A stretch of DNA of 64,000 bases from Psammoneis japonica (taxonomy: Eukaryota), in contig QPGO01000040.1 in the NCBI GenBank assembly GCA_008632985.1, positions 439,719-503,718 of the forward strand, given 5' to 3'. Of the stretch, positions 12,299 through 25,329 are shown piece after piece; the stretch's first letter is position 1; each line of letters starts with the position of its first letter. The notes beneath the pieces are model-generated. The model was not told the origin of the DNA, ran no database searches, and saw only the letters and a list, made by a program, of their open reading frames with translations. The position numbers were made by a program, and so were the translations under genes.

Positions 12299-12671
12299 CA
12301 ACATGCCATTAGAGAAAAAAAATTTGCGACCGTTTCTTCGACTCGTTGTTTTGCATGCACTATGCCTGATATGAAATACTATGTGCTCTAGAGCGGTCGG
12401 GTCACTCGCACTGGTCACGATTTTCTTTTTGCCACGACCCGCCCCGTACAAACAATGCAGTCTTGCGAGTCTCGTTACCATCTTTATCACGTGGCTTTCT
12501 CTTGTCACATGGCAGCAGCAAACGACCCTCTTCGAAGCTGCTGCTCCCCATAATCTGTACCGGTACGCAGGTGATGATTCCTTGGTCATCCTCGCCACAT
12601 CTGTCCATCCCCAGTTGGACGCATACGCAAAATCTACACAATAGGGAAACAGGTCCACATCTCTCGACTCT

Positions 12672-14617
12672 CTAGACGAGAAATACGAGAGAACACACAG
12701 CGCAAAAACATAACCAGGGCAACCAAGCAGTCCTTGATGCCTCCCCACCGGAAATCGTATCTTCATTTTGTGGTGGAACGATGTTTTCAATTGGTGGTTG
12801 TTTCGTTGGCGCTGTTGTTGGGGCTTGAGAAGGCGCGTCAGTTATTCGTAGTGTTGGCGGCGGGGTTGGTGCGGCTGTCGGGGACGTGGTGATTAAGGTG
12901 CATCCGCAAGTGTTCTTGGCAAACATCTTCACCATTAGGCAGTTTTCCTTGGTGATCTTTCCTTGTCTCCCCATCTCCATGGCATCCTGGCAGTTGTTGG
13001 CTTCAAAGCCAGGGACATTCATGCGAGCCGCAGGAAGCATTGGCATATATCCTTCCACGCAAATGCTGCAGACTCGCTGCGGTTTACCAACGGTCCAAGC
13101 CATCACGTTTCCTTTATTGTCACCGACGAAGAGAGTATAACCATCAGGTGACAATGACATTTCGGAAGTCAGTGCCGCATTGACAGGCTGTTCCCATATT
13201 GTCATGCCGTCCAATGCCCTCACCGCGTGTAGCCACCCTCTTGATTCTGAAAAGTAAACAATCTTGTCGTCACGTGAAATAAGCGCCTCGGCCTTTACTT
13301 GAGACTTTTCTCTTCTCCTCGTCGTAAAGGCTACTTGGTTTCCAGTGAGTGGCTTTCGCCATGCCAAGTTAAGATTGGAGTGGAAAGCAGCCATATAACT
13401 GTTCGCTAAGCCAACAAACATCATTGAACCATCGCTGGATAATACCGGACTGTTGTAAGGAGGCTTCTCGCGATTTCTAGGTGCTTTACCGAGCTCATCC
13501 ACCTTGTATGTTGAACTCTGCGTAAACATGTTGTATTTATCTCCCTTTCTCCCTACCCAGGCACGGAATCGATTAGCGGTGACACTAAGATACAGTCCAT
13601 ACCCATTTCGTGTGAAGGCAGGTGCCGCAATGGATCTCCAACGCAAACCCCATTGTAAATACTGAGAAAAGAGCCCGTTGGTGCCGCCTCCGTAATAGGG
13701 TGGAAATTGGAAAGCAAGCAAGTTTCCGTTATCATTGCTACCCGAGGGTGAAGGAGCAGTTGCCCACATTAGCAAATCGTTAGTATTTCCTTCCCCACCT
13801 GAGACACATAAGAAACAAATGTCATATGGTAAGAAAGAAAGATGAAGGAGGGAAGAACGCATCATTGGATCTTGGAAATTATCACGAGCTTACCCGGAAA
13901 GTAGCCTTCCGCTGGATTGTGCAAGATGCCAAGCGGTGCGTACGGTTTGCTGGGGTCCCGTGAGCTCAGAAGCGTAGTGCCTCGCTGTCGAGCTAGCAAG
14001 ATTGAGAAAATTCCTTGAGCTCCATTTCTCACGTTACTGTTAAGGAAGACATGATTTCCGTCAGAAGAAACTTTTGGACTACCAGCAATATTGCCATTCA
14101 CGGGTGACGAGACCCAAAGAACGTTCCCGGATGGGTGCTGCACGGAAACGACGCGTCTGAGATGATTCAAAAAATACGCCTGAATAGGATGAGAATTGAA
14201 GGAACAGAAAAGACAAGCAAAAGACCTGTTGTTTGTCACTTACGTTTGGTTTGACACTCCGGCCAGCGATACATCTACGACTGCATAGACGGCGTATGCC
14301 CCGTTGCCCATTGCGTCCCCCGCATAGAATGAAACTCCACTCGCGCACGTCATATTAGTTTGTGCAACGGGCGCTGGCTTGTATTGAAACAACATTGTGC
14401 CAGAAGTTGGATCGAAGCCACTTAGTGTTCCGTCAACAGAGGTCACGTACAAAACTTTGCCGTCTGGTGATATTTTCACCGCATTGCCATGGCCGATCTC
14501 GGCAGGAGCAGATGCTGTGAACAATAAACTTGGCTTTGAAACATGAACAAGACTGGAATTCGTCAAGCATAGTTGGCTCAATAGCAGAAAGAGGAGAAAG
14601 TGATAGAACCCGTTCAT
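12672..14617 (-). CDS. Secreted or membrane-anchored beta-propeller (PQQ-like repeat) protein with Cys-rich module, PTxAP linker and hydrophobic C-tail
   Basis: ORFs 14240-14617, 13862-14239 and 12672-13865 joined by plausible introns. Repeated SPDG/SSDG-x-LYV/LFV blades and an N-terminal signal peptide. Confidence 0.7.
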
Positions 14618-14934
14618 GGTGATGATGATGCTCTAGAGTCAATCGGACGAAAAATGGTGTCTCGAGTCGCTTTGAGACCAAAAAAATGTGGCATCGGATG
14701 TTCAAAGTTCAAACTTTTTATCCAAACCTCAGATTTGTATTTCTACTTATACTAGTTACACTTCTTCAGATTGAAGATCTTTTAATAACACAACGGAAAT
14801 TGAAAAATTCTATTGTGCGAAAACCGATACTAAATATGAATGTACTGATTACTTAGATGATAGTAAAAGGATATCATGAAGACAGAGCCTTTGGATAACG
14901 GTCGTCAACCACAAGTCAATCACGACACCCTCTC

Positions 14935-15520
14935 ACCGCAGGCAGTGCACACAGATTGATGTGTGGCATCATTTTTTGAGAGTGCAGCAGATGCCGAAGT
15001 CCAGAAGCAGGGTCTCTGGCTCCTCTCCCACACTTGTCCCCCCTGCCCATGCAGTGGTGTGGAGAGGCTCTGTCTGCTGTGTGCCAGATGTTGCTGGCTT
15101 TTCTGTGCAAACTTTCGAAAAAGGGGGAAAAAAAAGCTGCTGTGGAGTCCAGAAGAAGTGCCAAAGCAAAAGAAAAGATGCAGGTTGCAACACAATCTAA
15201 ACTAGCAAAGACCAGAGTATTGGTCAAAATGGAAGGCAGAAAGGCACAGCACAAAGGCAAAAATGGACACCAGCAAGTTTGGCTGGTGCTGCAAACAGAG
15301 GCAGCGATGCCAACCAGCGCTGCTTTGGTGCTGGCAAGGTGAGGCAACATGTTGTGATCCTCAAAGCAAAAACTCACAAAAGTTGGAAATTGAATCTGAG
15401 AGTTCCTGCTGGTTCTGATGGATGCTGGACTGTTGGGTCTCTGCTGCTGCAAACCATCTGTGTTGTTTTTGGTCCTGTGTGCTATGGCCGCTGGTTTGCT
15501 CGTGGTTGTGCAGGTCACGG
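14935..15520. other. CpG/TpA-depleted block B, origin unknown
   Basis: Same dinucleotide signature as the other blocks, flanked by AT-rich normal intergenic DNA. Confidence 0.65.
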
Positions 15521-15861
15521 CTAAATCAAGAGTATCCAATCTGAAGATCAACATAACCAAGTTTTGGCGCGCAATCTTGTGAAATTTCCTACTCAGTACG
15601 GATCTACATACGCAAATTTGAAATGATTCGACAGATAACGGTAGGGTATCCCAAATAATTGAAATGTACACAAATTTGTACACACTCTGCCACTAAGTGT
15701 AGAAATATTCTTTATTCGCATACGTAGGCGATGAAAAGCACGACTGCGGTCACTCCTCGTCACTTTTTCTCCGGCAGGCACAAACGCCGCAACTCCCTCA
15801 ACCACGACACACAATCACCTTTGCAACGTTGCCATTAAGAACAAGAAGAAGAAGAAGAACA

Positions 15862-16868
15862 ATGGCTGACGCCCAAAGTCCTATTTATCATGAGCAAGCT
15901 TGGCCTGTTGTTTCAATGAAGAAGGAAAAGACTGTAATTGCTCTATCGAGGAGGCCTCGTGTTCGCCCGCGGCCCAATTTCTTTGTACCAGGCATCACCG
16001 GAAAACCGCGATGCTTGTCCAAGAATTTGCAAAAGTTTGAAAATAAGAAGAAGTTCGCGGCGCCGCCCGTACGAACGTCAAGGCCGCAAGATTTTGAACA
16101 AGTGCTTTTGGACATTTGCCGAGAAAGGAAGCAAGCCGATTGTGAACGCGAAATTGTGAGACGCCTCAAGCAAGATTTGGAACAAGGACTCATTCGAGCA
16201 GCCGGAGACATTCAAGAGCGACTCGAATTTCACGCCAACGTCATTGCATCTGAACCTGATACTACTGAAGGAGATAAGCAAGTTGAAGCAACCGTCGTTT
16301 CAGACGAAACTGCGCAATCTTGTCGTCATATCGAGGAGAAGAAATCACTGAGGAAATTGAGTCTCCAACGAGTCCCGACGATGAAGACATTCTCGAGAGG
16401 TGCAGTCCCGCAACGACAGTTTCCAAAACTTCAGAGGATAGCAATGTGGTGGACAAGTCGTTTCATACCAAGAGCACCGTTTCAACAAGCGAAAGCGAAA
16501 GTGTCGTCTCGGACGACTCCAGCATTAGGTCCGATGACAGCTACTCGGAGGAGAGTCCCGATGGGTGCTACGTCATTGCCCCCATTCCATCGACAGAGAG
16601 TGCCGCTCTAAAACGCAAGGCGGATTGCTATTTGATTGAGCGTATTGCTTCATCAGACACGGAGGAAACCATTGACGTCTATGAAGATGACGCCTCGTGC
16701 TCTTCCTTTCATACTGTGGAGACGCCAATCAAGCGAACTAGTTCTCGCCGATCTCCAAAGTATTATTCTACGTCGGTAGCTACCTATCAACGTTTGGCAG
16801 TTTCTGAGAAAGGAAAAATGAGCTGTATGGTGCATCGTCGACTATTTGCAGAGCAAGCAAATACATAA
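15862..16868 (+). CDS. Hypothetical protein with Ser/Asp/Glu-rich C-terminal half
   Basis: ORFs 15829-16611 and 16320-16868 overlap. A frame switch near 16320 gives a continuous acidic low-complexity protein. Confidence 0.5.
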
Positions 16869-17121
16869 TGCATATGACCACAAAACACGATTGACAGCCT
16901 TACAGCGCTTTAATATCGTACCATAAAGAGTCCATAACAAGTATCTAACGCAGAGTAATATTCACAAAGCATGTTTCCGAAAACAAACAGTTTCTGCCCA
17001 CACAAGTTATTTCCGCAAGCGATGAGTTCTCGAGATGAAAGTAATATTTACCATCGTAGAATGTTTGGGCAGTTTCTGAGAAACAAAAACCACGATTGCC
17101 AGCAACTAGCTAGGAGGACCC

Positions 17122-18906
17122 CTACAGTATCCAGAGTAGCTTGCAGTTATAGCGCTTTAATCGTAAAGAGTCTTTACAAGTACCTATAACAGCGTAATAT
17201 ACACAAAACCTGTTCCAACGAAACACACAACAAGTTTCTCCACCACGTACTAGCTTGTGTTTCCCCGAGAGAGATGCGTCCCTTTTAGAGATTGAAGCAT
17301 TTCTTGGCAATACACCAATGATGAGCAAACACCACAAGGAAAAGGAAATGGCAGCCATGACAAGCGCAGCAGTCAGCTGCGTCTGGTCACTATCGGTAAA
17401 GTTGTTGCCACCATATCCAAGGCACGGCCTGCTCGCTGCTGACCGTGACCGTGCTTTGCATCTCTTCAATCATGCTCATGAGGAGCTCGCGCTGCACATC
17501 GGCTCCACTCCTGCGCTTGACCGAAATGACATAGGGACCTTGACCTGCTCCGACCGTCGTGGATTCTTCAAAGGTCCACTCGGGTGCTTCAGCAGACTTG
17601 GTAATGTTGTTAATGGCCGCCAAGGCACGAGTCTTGACAGTCTCTGGCGCAGGAGTGAACCCAAACTGCCTGCACTGATCAAAGATGTCGTCGTTGTAAA
17701 TCGACTTGAGAAAGGCAATAAGCAGCCCTTGCTCCTCTGGGTGTTCAATGTAGGTGATGTCCTTGCGCACAAAGACATAGGACATGGCAACAATGGGCCA
17801 GGTGAATTCTCCCACCTGAAATCCAAGTGAAAGTAAACAAAAGAGGAAAATAATGAGTCAAGTACTAGTCTAACAAAGCAAAACAAGTAGTACAATGAGC
17901 AAGAATATCGCTCACCTTGTCAAGGTAGTTGATGTGGCCAAAGCTCTGATCAAACGTATCAGGCAGATTGTGTTTTCCGCAGCACTGGCAATACCACCCT
18001 TAGAGGCGGCCTCCTTGCTCGAAAGCAGAGTTCCGTCCCTGTTTTGGAGCTCGATTTCAATCAAGCCTTCCGAGTGGCCGTGGCCAGAGTCAATGTAACC
18101 AATGGCGCCTGGGTTGTTACGAATGCAACGCGTCATGCCACCACTGCCCTCACACTCCAAGACACCATCGTCCTCGGGCCAGTCAATTGTAGATCCTACC
18201 AATCCGGAATCCCAATCATTGGGACACGACGTGTTGAGGTACTGTAGAAAGCAAACGTCAAAAGCATGGTGAGACAAAGTTACATAGGACTACCAAGAGG
18301 CTACACACTACTCACCGACGTGACAGATGCCGTACTGGAAGAGCCCTGACACGATGAGCCAGAATGATAGGATAGTCGCTACTTGGCAACTTGGATTCAA
18401 GGTTCGGATTGAGGTCCAAAATCTCTTCATCATCCCAGACCGTAATCTGGCGACGGAAAATCTTGGCAATCAAACACGAGGTAAGGTTGAGTCCGCCAGC
18501 TCCTTGCGGAACGTTGGGAATCGAGTGAAACACACTGATCGCTCCAAGGGCAAACGGCAAGTGATCATTTCCTGTCCAGCAGCCGCGAGGGCGTTGAACT
18601 TGCCCGTAGGGACGGGAATGTCTCCGCTTCCAAAATCATTGTAGGGCACGAACGCGCCGACGCCGTGTTGTTCTCACCGAGAAACTCAGCGATTCCGGTA
18701 GAACTACCGACAGCACGGTACGTCAAGTGGACTGGATCGCGAGTCCTATCCATCATTTGACCCATGAGCAACCAGAAGCATTTAGAGGGGTTTGTCGTTC
18801 CCGAACCATGGACGGCAAACAAATCATGCTCCGCTTGAGCGAAAACTGGTGCAGAGAGCAACAGAGTCGAGGTCAACCCAAGCAAAAAAGATCTCATCAT
18901 CAACAT
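17122..18906 (-). CDS. PstS-like phosphate-binding protein with signal peptide and C-terminal TM helix (several apparent indels; 3' end uncertain)
   Basis: Motifs HGSGTTNPSK, YRAVGSSTG, PFALGAISVFHS, EGSGGM, GAIGYID and WPIVAMSY are spread over ORFs 18565-18939, 18312-18560, 17912-18277 and 17390-17815. Confidence 0.75.
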
Positions 18907-20255
18907 AGTTTCTCTTCCTCTCGTATTCCAAAGTATCACTCTTAGCTAGGTCTATCTGCCCTGAGAAAGTGTGTGGGCAAGGCTATTAGCTCACTGCTTC
19001 CCGATCTCTGCGTGTTTCACACGATTTGTTGCACAGCCGATGACGCGACGACGGAAAAAGATGTGAGATGTGAGGGCTGTTGGGTTGCAGTTTCCCGCCA
19101 AATTGTCCGTGCGGACCGTCAGTATCATTTCTACAGTACCATGGAAATCGTACGGTACCGTAGTGTCTCTTGTGACGTATGCGAAATGCCAATGGATGGA
19201 TGGACAGGAATCTGAATGAATCTCGAGAATGCCAAAAAAGGATTCCGAATTCCTGTCAAATTCTATGAGTAGTCGGTTTGTCTGTCTCTCGTCCAGGATG
19301 GACGAGTGCAGTCTCCTACTACTAGCTATCATAGAGTAGAGAGTAGAGTTGCAGCTTTATGTTAGCATTTGAATCGATTGTACTAGCCTCTATAGAGACT
19401 ACAACGAAGGTATTCATTGTCGCAACTTCAACATTGTTCGCATTCGCCAGGTCAGACAGGATCGTGTCGCAGAGGCTGTTAAATCAAAACAGTGAAAATC
19501 ATGTGTGATGGATGGTGGAAATGGCGCTTCATGCATTCGAGGGGTGCTTCGACAGAGGCCAGCCCATGATAAGATTCCTGTCACTCTTGCCCCAGAGGGA
19601 GTGAAGTGAACCTTTGGAGGTCCAAGGTATAAGATCCCTTTCGCACGAGCCAACCGGAAAGTGAAGTTCTGTGTAATGAAAGACTCGTGACTCAGAGGCA
19701 TCTACAAGAGATCATGCCACCGCAGTGTCCCTTCTTTTCCAAAAATATTTATAAGGACAATCAATCGTGCCACCTCAGAGACGGTTCTTTATGCAAAAAG
19801 ATTTATCTTGCCCGAAAAGTGTAAGAGATCGAAAAAATGGTGAGGCTTTCCGCAGTTTGATCCTGCACCAAAAGACTTCTTTCGGGACTGACAAGACTCA
19901 AAACTGTCTTACATACTACGTTTCTACGACATTAACATACTACATTTTAGTCACGACTCCTATGATCTACTGATACGAATACAATTCAATACGACAATAA
20001 ATATAATCGAGAATTTCAGACAAACTTTACTTAGACGGTCTTGTCTTGGAGGCGGTACGAAATGTCCGGAATTGGAAAGAAAATGTGAGGGCAAGGCAAA
20101 CCCCTCTTCCTCCTACAATCTTGTAGTAAAGTCTACGGAGATGAGCGATTGATAAGTGTTTCAGCTACGACGCAAAGCGATCATTGACCATTGAAATCGT
20201 CTCACAATTTTGATTTTTCTCACTCCCTGCAGCAGTGCAAGCCGGATTTTGAAAA

Positions 20256-20792
20256 ATGAAGATTTTTACCTCAATCCTCTTGTTGGTCGCCCTTGCCTTC
20301 CAAGGTGCCACGGCATCGCAGCCCTATGCCAGCGAACCTGTCCTCTGCCGGTACATCCAGAAGATCAACAAGGTGTTGCGTGTGTATAATAGGAAATACG
20401 ATAAACCTCTTCCGGGAAGTGGTGTCGTCAAGATCAAGGGAGCCATCAAGGCTGCCGTTGCCGGGAACGTCATGGGATCCCTCGACTTGCTTCGGGCCGC
20501 CACCAAGATCGCCGAGGGTGTATCTGCCGTTGCAGGAGCAGAGGTTGCCAAGGTCTCTTGCCGCCAAGCTCGTAACCTAGCCATTGTATTCATTCGGCTC
20601 TCCGCCGGCAAGGTCCCCAAGGGACCGTACAACCGGTCCAAGGGAATGCTGAACAAATGCAACGCCATGTTCAAGGCGAAACAATACAGTGGTGCTCTTG
20701 ACATGTGCCGTCAGGCCACTCGTGTCATTGTTTACAGCTCTGTATTCTCTTCGCCCAAGTTGTTGCCTCCTGTTTGTCCCAAGAAAGTGTAA
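20256..20792 (+). CDS. Small secreted basic protein, homologous to the C-terminal domain of the tandem SOD
   Basis: Clean 178-aa ORF with signal peptide and strong codon bias. Alignable along its mature length to the last ~145 aa of ORF 4932-6500. Confidence 0.85.
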   Translation: MKIFTSILLLVALAFQGATASQPYASEPVLCRYIQKINKVLRVYNRKYDKPLPGSGVVKIKGAIKAAVAGNVMGSLDLLRAATKIAEGVSAVAGAEVAKVSCRQARNLAIVFIRLSAGKVPKGPYNRSKGMLNKCNAMFKAKQYSGALDMCRQATRVIVYSSVFSSPKLLPPVCPKKV

Positions 20793-21430
20793 GAAGATGA
20801 GCATACGTGAAGCGAGGGATGGAGAAAATCCGAGATTGATGCAGTCCAAGGGAATACACTGTACTTTTAGGTCTGTAGCTTGATAAAGCATTGTTTTTAG
20901 AGAACCAAACATGTATTATTCTTTTGATGTGTGATAGTAAGGAGTAAGGAAGACAGTGTGAGGTCGATAATCTCATTTCATTAAATGTCGGATCCATCCT
21001 TGTACGATCGTACACATTCGAAGGGCAGATTTTTTAAAAGCGTGTTTCCCCCTACCCGTACTCATTAGCCCTACTTATAAGCGGGCCAGAAGGACATCCA
21101 CGCCATTGGATCGTAGCTTCTAGTCATTGGTCGTTCTGAGTTTTGGGCGAAGAGAAAGTTGTGAGATGCCCACTTCACAAAAAATATATTGTTTTCACAT
21201 CCTTAGATGTTTATTCTTCGAAATCTGCCGCCGACGATGGTGCAACTTCGTATTGAAGCTACGTACGTGGCGAGTGGTACTTCATCGCGTACGTGTTGCA
21301 AGTTTCCCTCCACCACCCTCCAATCCAATCTCACCGAAATCTGCAAGATCACAATCACCGGGCGACAGCAAAAGGAAGAGAAGATCGAATCCTTGTGTGC
21401 ACTCAACCCTCTCTCTCTTTGGTTGTCGAC

Positions 21431-22981
21431 ATGACACTCGTGATTCCTCGCTTTTCTTGTTTCTTGATATTGCTACTTCATTCTTGTGTTGGATTCTGTC
21501 GTCCTGCTCCGTTTGTATCTCAAAAAGCTTCATCATCTGCCATGAGTAGTACTGCTGCTGAAACCGAGACGGATGCCTACAGTTATCTCGACAGTGTCGA
21601 ACAGGTAAGAAGTTCTTCTGCAGTTGTTTTGTATAGTTAATAACACATACGGGCTCAATATGTTGCCTTTTATCAATTAGGGGCCTCCGGATGCTATTTT
21701 GGGTATTGCATCGGCATTTCGTGCCAGCACCGATCCTCGTAAAGTCAATGTCTGTGTCGGTGCGTACCGCGATGCCTCGGGCAAACCGTGGGTGTTGCCC
21801 AGTGTTCGCGAAGCAGAACGTCAAATGCTTGATCAAGGCCAAAACAAGGAGTATCTACCCATTGAGGGGAACTCTGCCTTTATCGCCAAGGCATTGAAAT
21901 TTGCCTATGGCGAATCGGTAGACTTGGCCCATGTTGCCGGTGTACAGTCGCTGTCGGGTACGGGTGCGTGTCGTGTGGGTGGTGATTTTCTTGCACAACA
22001 TTACAAACCAAGTGATGCGAGTGAACAAGCTCCTCGTATTTACATTCCCACTCCAACATGGGGAAATCATTTGGCGATTTTCAAAAAGTCGGGCTTGACT
22101 GTGGAACGCTATCGCTATTATGATTACGCCAAGAACGGACTAGACCTGAGCGGCATGTTGGAGGACCTCAAGAACGCACCGAAAGGATCCATTATTCTCT
22201 TGCACGCCTGTGCGCACAATCCCACTGGCTGTGATCCCACCCACGATGAATGGAAACAGGTGGCTCAAGTCATTCAAGAGAAGGAGCACGTTTGTTTCTT
22301 TGATTCTGCCTATCAGGGATTTGCTTCCGGTGATGCGGAACAGGACGCATGGGCCCTGCGGTACTTTGCAAAAGAAGCCAAGGTCCCCGTCATGTTGGCG
22401 CAGAGCTTTGCCAAAAACTTTGGTCTCTATGGCGAACGATGCGGTACTTTCTCCATTGTGTGTGCAAGTCCGGAGCAACGCGAAAAAGTCATGAGTCAGC
22501 TCAAGCTTGTCATTCGTCCCATGTACTCGAGTCCGCCTATTCATGGAGCTGCCATTGTCCAGACTGTCTTGTCGGATGAGAAACTGACGGCACAATACTA
22601 TGAGGAATGCAAGAGCATGGCGGACCGTATTTTGCAAATGAGAAGCAAAATTGTGTCGACTCTCAAAGACGTGGGTAGTACTCATGATTGGTCCCACATT
22701 ACCTCTCAGATTGGAATGTTTGCTTGTAAGTTGTGCTGAAGAGCTTTTTTACGCAAGTGGCTTGCTCTTGAGCCCATGACTAATCCAGTTGCTCTTGTTA
22801 CATAATATATGCTATAGACACGGGCATGAATGCCGAAATGTGCGATGAACTCACTTCGAAATACGAGATTTATCTTACAAGGGATGGCAGGATATCGCTG
22901 GCTGGCTTGAACGATTCCAATGTGGAATATGTGGCCAAGGCCATTCATGAAGTTACCAACGGAAAGAGCATTACGGCATAA
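21431..22981 (+). CDS. Aspartate aminotransferase (class I PLP-dependent), likely organelle/plastid-targeted
   Basis: Motifs VGAYRD, QSLSGTGA, LHACAHNPTG, FFDSAYQGF, SFAKNFGLYGER and GRISLAG. Introns ~21605-21680 and ~22727-22817. Leader ends in VG-F. Confidence 0.92.
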
Positions 22982-23242
22982 CTGGGTTTTTTGGCTTCTT
23001 GAAAGAGTAGTGTGTGGTATGTATGAAACAGTAACATACGGTAGCATAAGGTACTCAAACTCTGAATAAATAGAAAGCAACTTAAAGTGGGTCGTAATGT
23101 ATGATACAAGCCTTACTACAATGCTTAGATAGAACGTCTCTGAATCTCTCTACTGAGTTAGTAGTTGCATCCATCAAGAAACCTCTTAACACACAAAATA
23201 ACAGAAAGGCTCTCCTCTCTTGAGCACACAAACAATACATCA

Positions 23243-25026
23243 CTACTCGGCAGACCACCGTTTTTGAAGCGAATCCAACCTCGCCTCATATTCTTCTCTC
23301 CACAGCCGAGCACTCGTCGCAAAGCTCTCTGCCACTTCGGACAAGTTATCCAATTCATCCGGCATGGTAATCGAATCCCCCGCTCCGGCGTCATAGGCCA
23401 GTTGTTGTTGCTGTTCTCGCAACAAATTCTCCGTCGTAAAGGACACGACACGATTGGCCAACGGACGAGAATCGGCCGCGGCGGCCGCCGCCGCAGCGGC
23501 AGCAGCCGCACGCCGTGATCCAAACGACCGCGGTGGTGCCACGGCGGCGGTGGATAGAATGGAACCACTGGCCAAACTCGAGGGATCGGCCGTTCCGCTC
23601 TGTACCGTCAGTGGCGAGTGCGATCGACTCCGTGGCTCGTCCAAACGACGAGCGGCAGCGTCGTCCGTCAACATGCGACCGCGGACACTGTCGCCTCGGG
23701 TCGTGGCTGTCACCACGGTGGACGTGAGGGTCGAGTTGGTGACGCTTGTGGCCAGACTGGAATTGCCATCGGGGTCTCCGCGAGTGGCGCGGGTGGACGT
23801 TCCGTGTTCGCTGACTTCTCCCAGCATGGGATTGAGTAAAATCGATTCCAGTGTACCGCCAAATGGATGATGGCGTGACGATTGAGTCGGTGCTGTCATT
23901 CAGGAAAAAGATAGAAAAGGAACACAACAAATTAGCATACAGAGCAACAACTTCTCAAGTCATTCAGCACAAGCCACACACAATATCAACTTACTCGAAT
24001 CCGATCCATCAATAGATCCATTGTCGTCATGAGAATGAACATGATGATTTCCATCTTCATCCGCCGCATCATCACTCTTGTTGTACAAGTCTTCTCCGTA
24101 TTCATTAAATCCCTCTTGCGTCACTCCACTCGCCAAGGACGCTCCACTCGAAATGACGGCAATGTTGGTGGGTCCCTCCGACGGCCGCGGCAAACGATTT
24201 TCTTCAATGGTCCGAAAGGGTCGACGCTGTCGTTGGGCCGCCTCGCGGCGTTCCACCTTGGCTTCCAACCGTAACAGCTTGAGCTCCATGGCCACCATGG
24301 TTTCGCTTTGCATCAATAACTGGGAATGCAAACGACCCTCGAGTGCCGTGCGTTTGGCAGATTCAGCCTGTAATACACTCAAAACTAGAAAACAAAGAGA
24401 TTAGCATAAAGCACGTTTCAATTCATTCACGATATATTCTCAAGAAACAAAAAATAAAAATTCATACCTTTTTCAAAATCCCGACGACTCTGATCTCGCA
24501 ATTCCCACAAGGTCTTGTCCAAGTGTTGTTTGAGATTTCCCATGAGCGCTTGCATAGTATCATTGGCGGTGGGTGATTTCGTCGTCAAGTTACGTGGCGT
24601 CGTACTAGTACTCGCTTGCTCGTCCATTTGTACCACGAGTCCCTCTAAATCTTCGGTATTATCATGATTTACCACTTGTCCCGAAGCTACCGAATAGACA
24701 GACGATGTCATGCTAAAATCAGCACGAGAACGACGTTGTTGTGGTAGTATTGAATTCATGGGTGGAAGTTGTAAGACTTGATCCGGTGGTGCTGCTGCTG
24801 CGGAAGAAGAAGCATTTGTCAGATTGGTGGCTGAAACGGGAGTGTCGAGTTCATTCATGGTGAGATTGCGTGGTGGTGTTGAAATACCGTCTTGATGATT
24901 GGTGTTGATTTCCGCAACAACGTCCGTCAGTGGTGGAGGAGGAGCGTCTACTTCTTCTTCTTCGTCCTCTTCGACCCGCTTACTGTCAATGCTGCTGCGT
25001 TCGTTATTGTTGTTGTTGTCGCTCAT
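23243..25026 (-). CDS. Hypothetical low-complexity/coiled-coil protein, 3 exons
   Basis: ORFs 24427-25026, 23960-24382 and 23243-23899 are collinear with intron-like gaps. Coiled-coil segment and EEYEARLD C-terminus. Confidence 0.6.
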
Positions 25027-25329
25027 GGTGGTGTTGGTTTCTTTGCGCTGTCAGCGACGACGCGAGTGCCGAGGTTTTTTCGGTCCGTTGACGTTGAAAT
25101 TATATATCTAAGTGACTGTAGTAAATGTATGTTCTTTTTGAATGGGTTCTTGATCAACGTAAAAGACAATTCCGAAGGACAACGACTCACTCGACTTGGT
25201 TCTGCGATTGTCCCGCCCATGACCCCTGACCGCAGACTCTCTAGCTAAACCGAGCTGGCTGCTAGAGGGAGAGCTTGTCGCAGCCACTCTAGAATGGAGG
25301 TTGATTAGCACAGCAGCCACCCCAATCAA

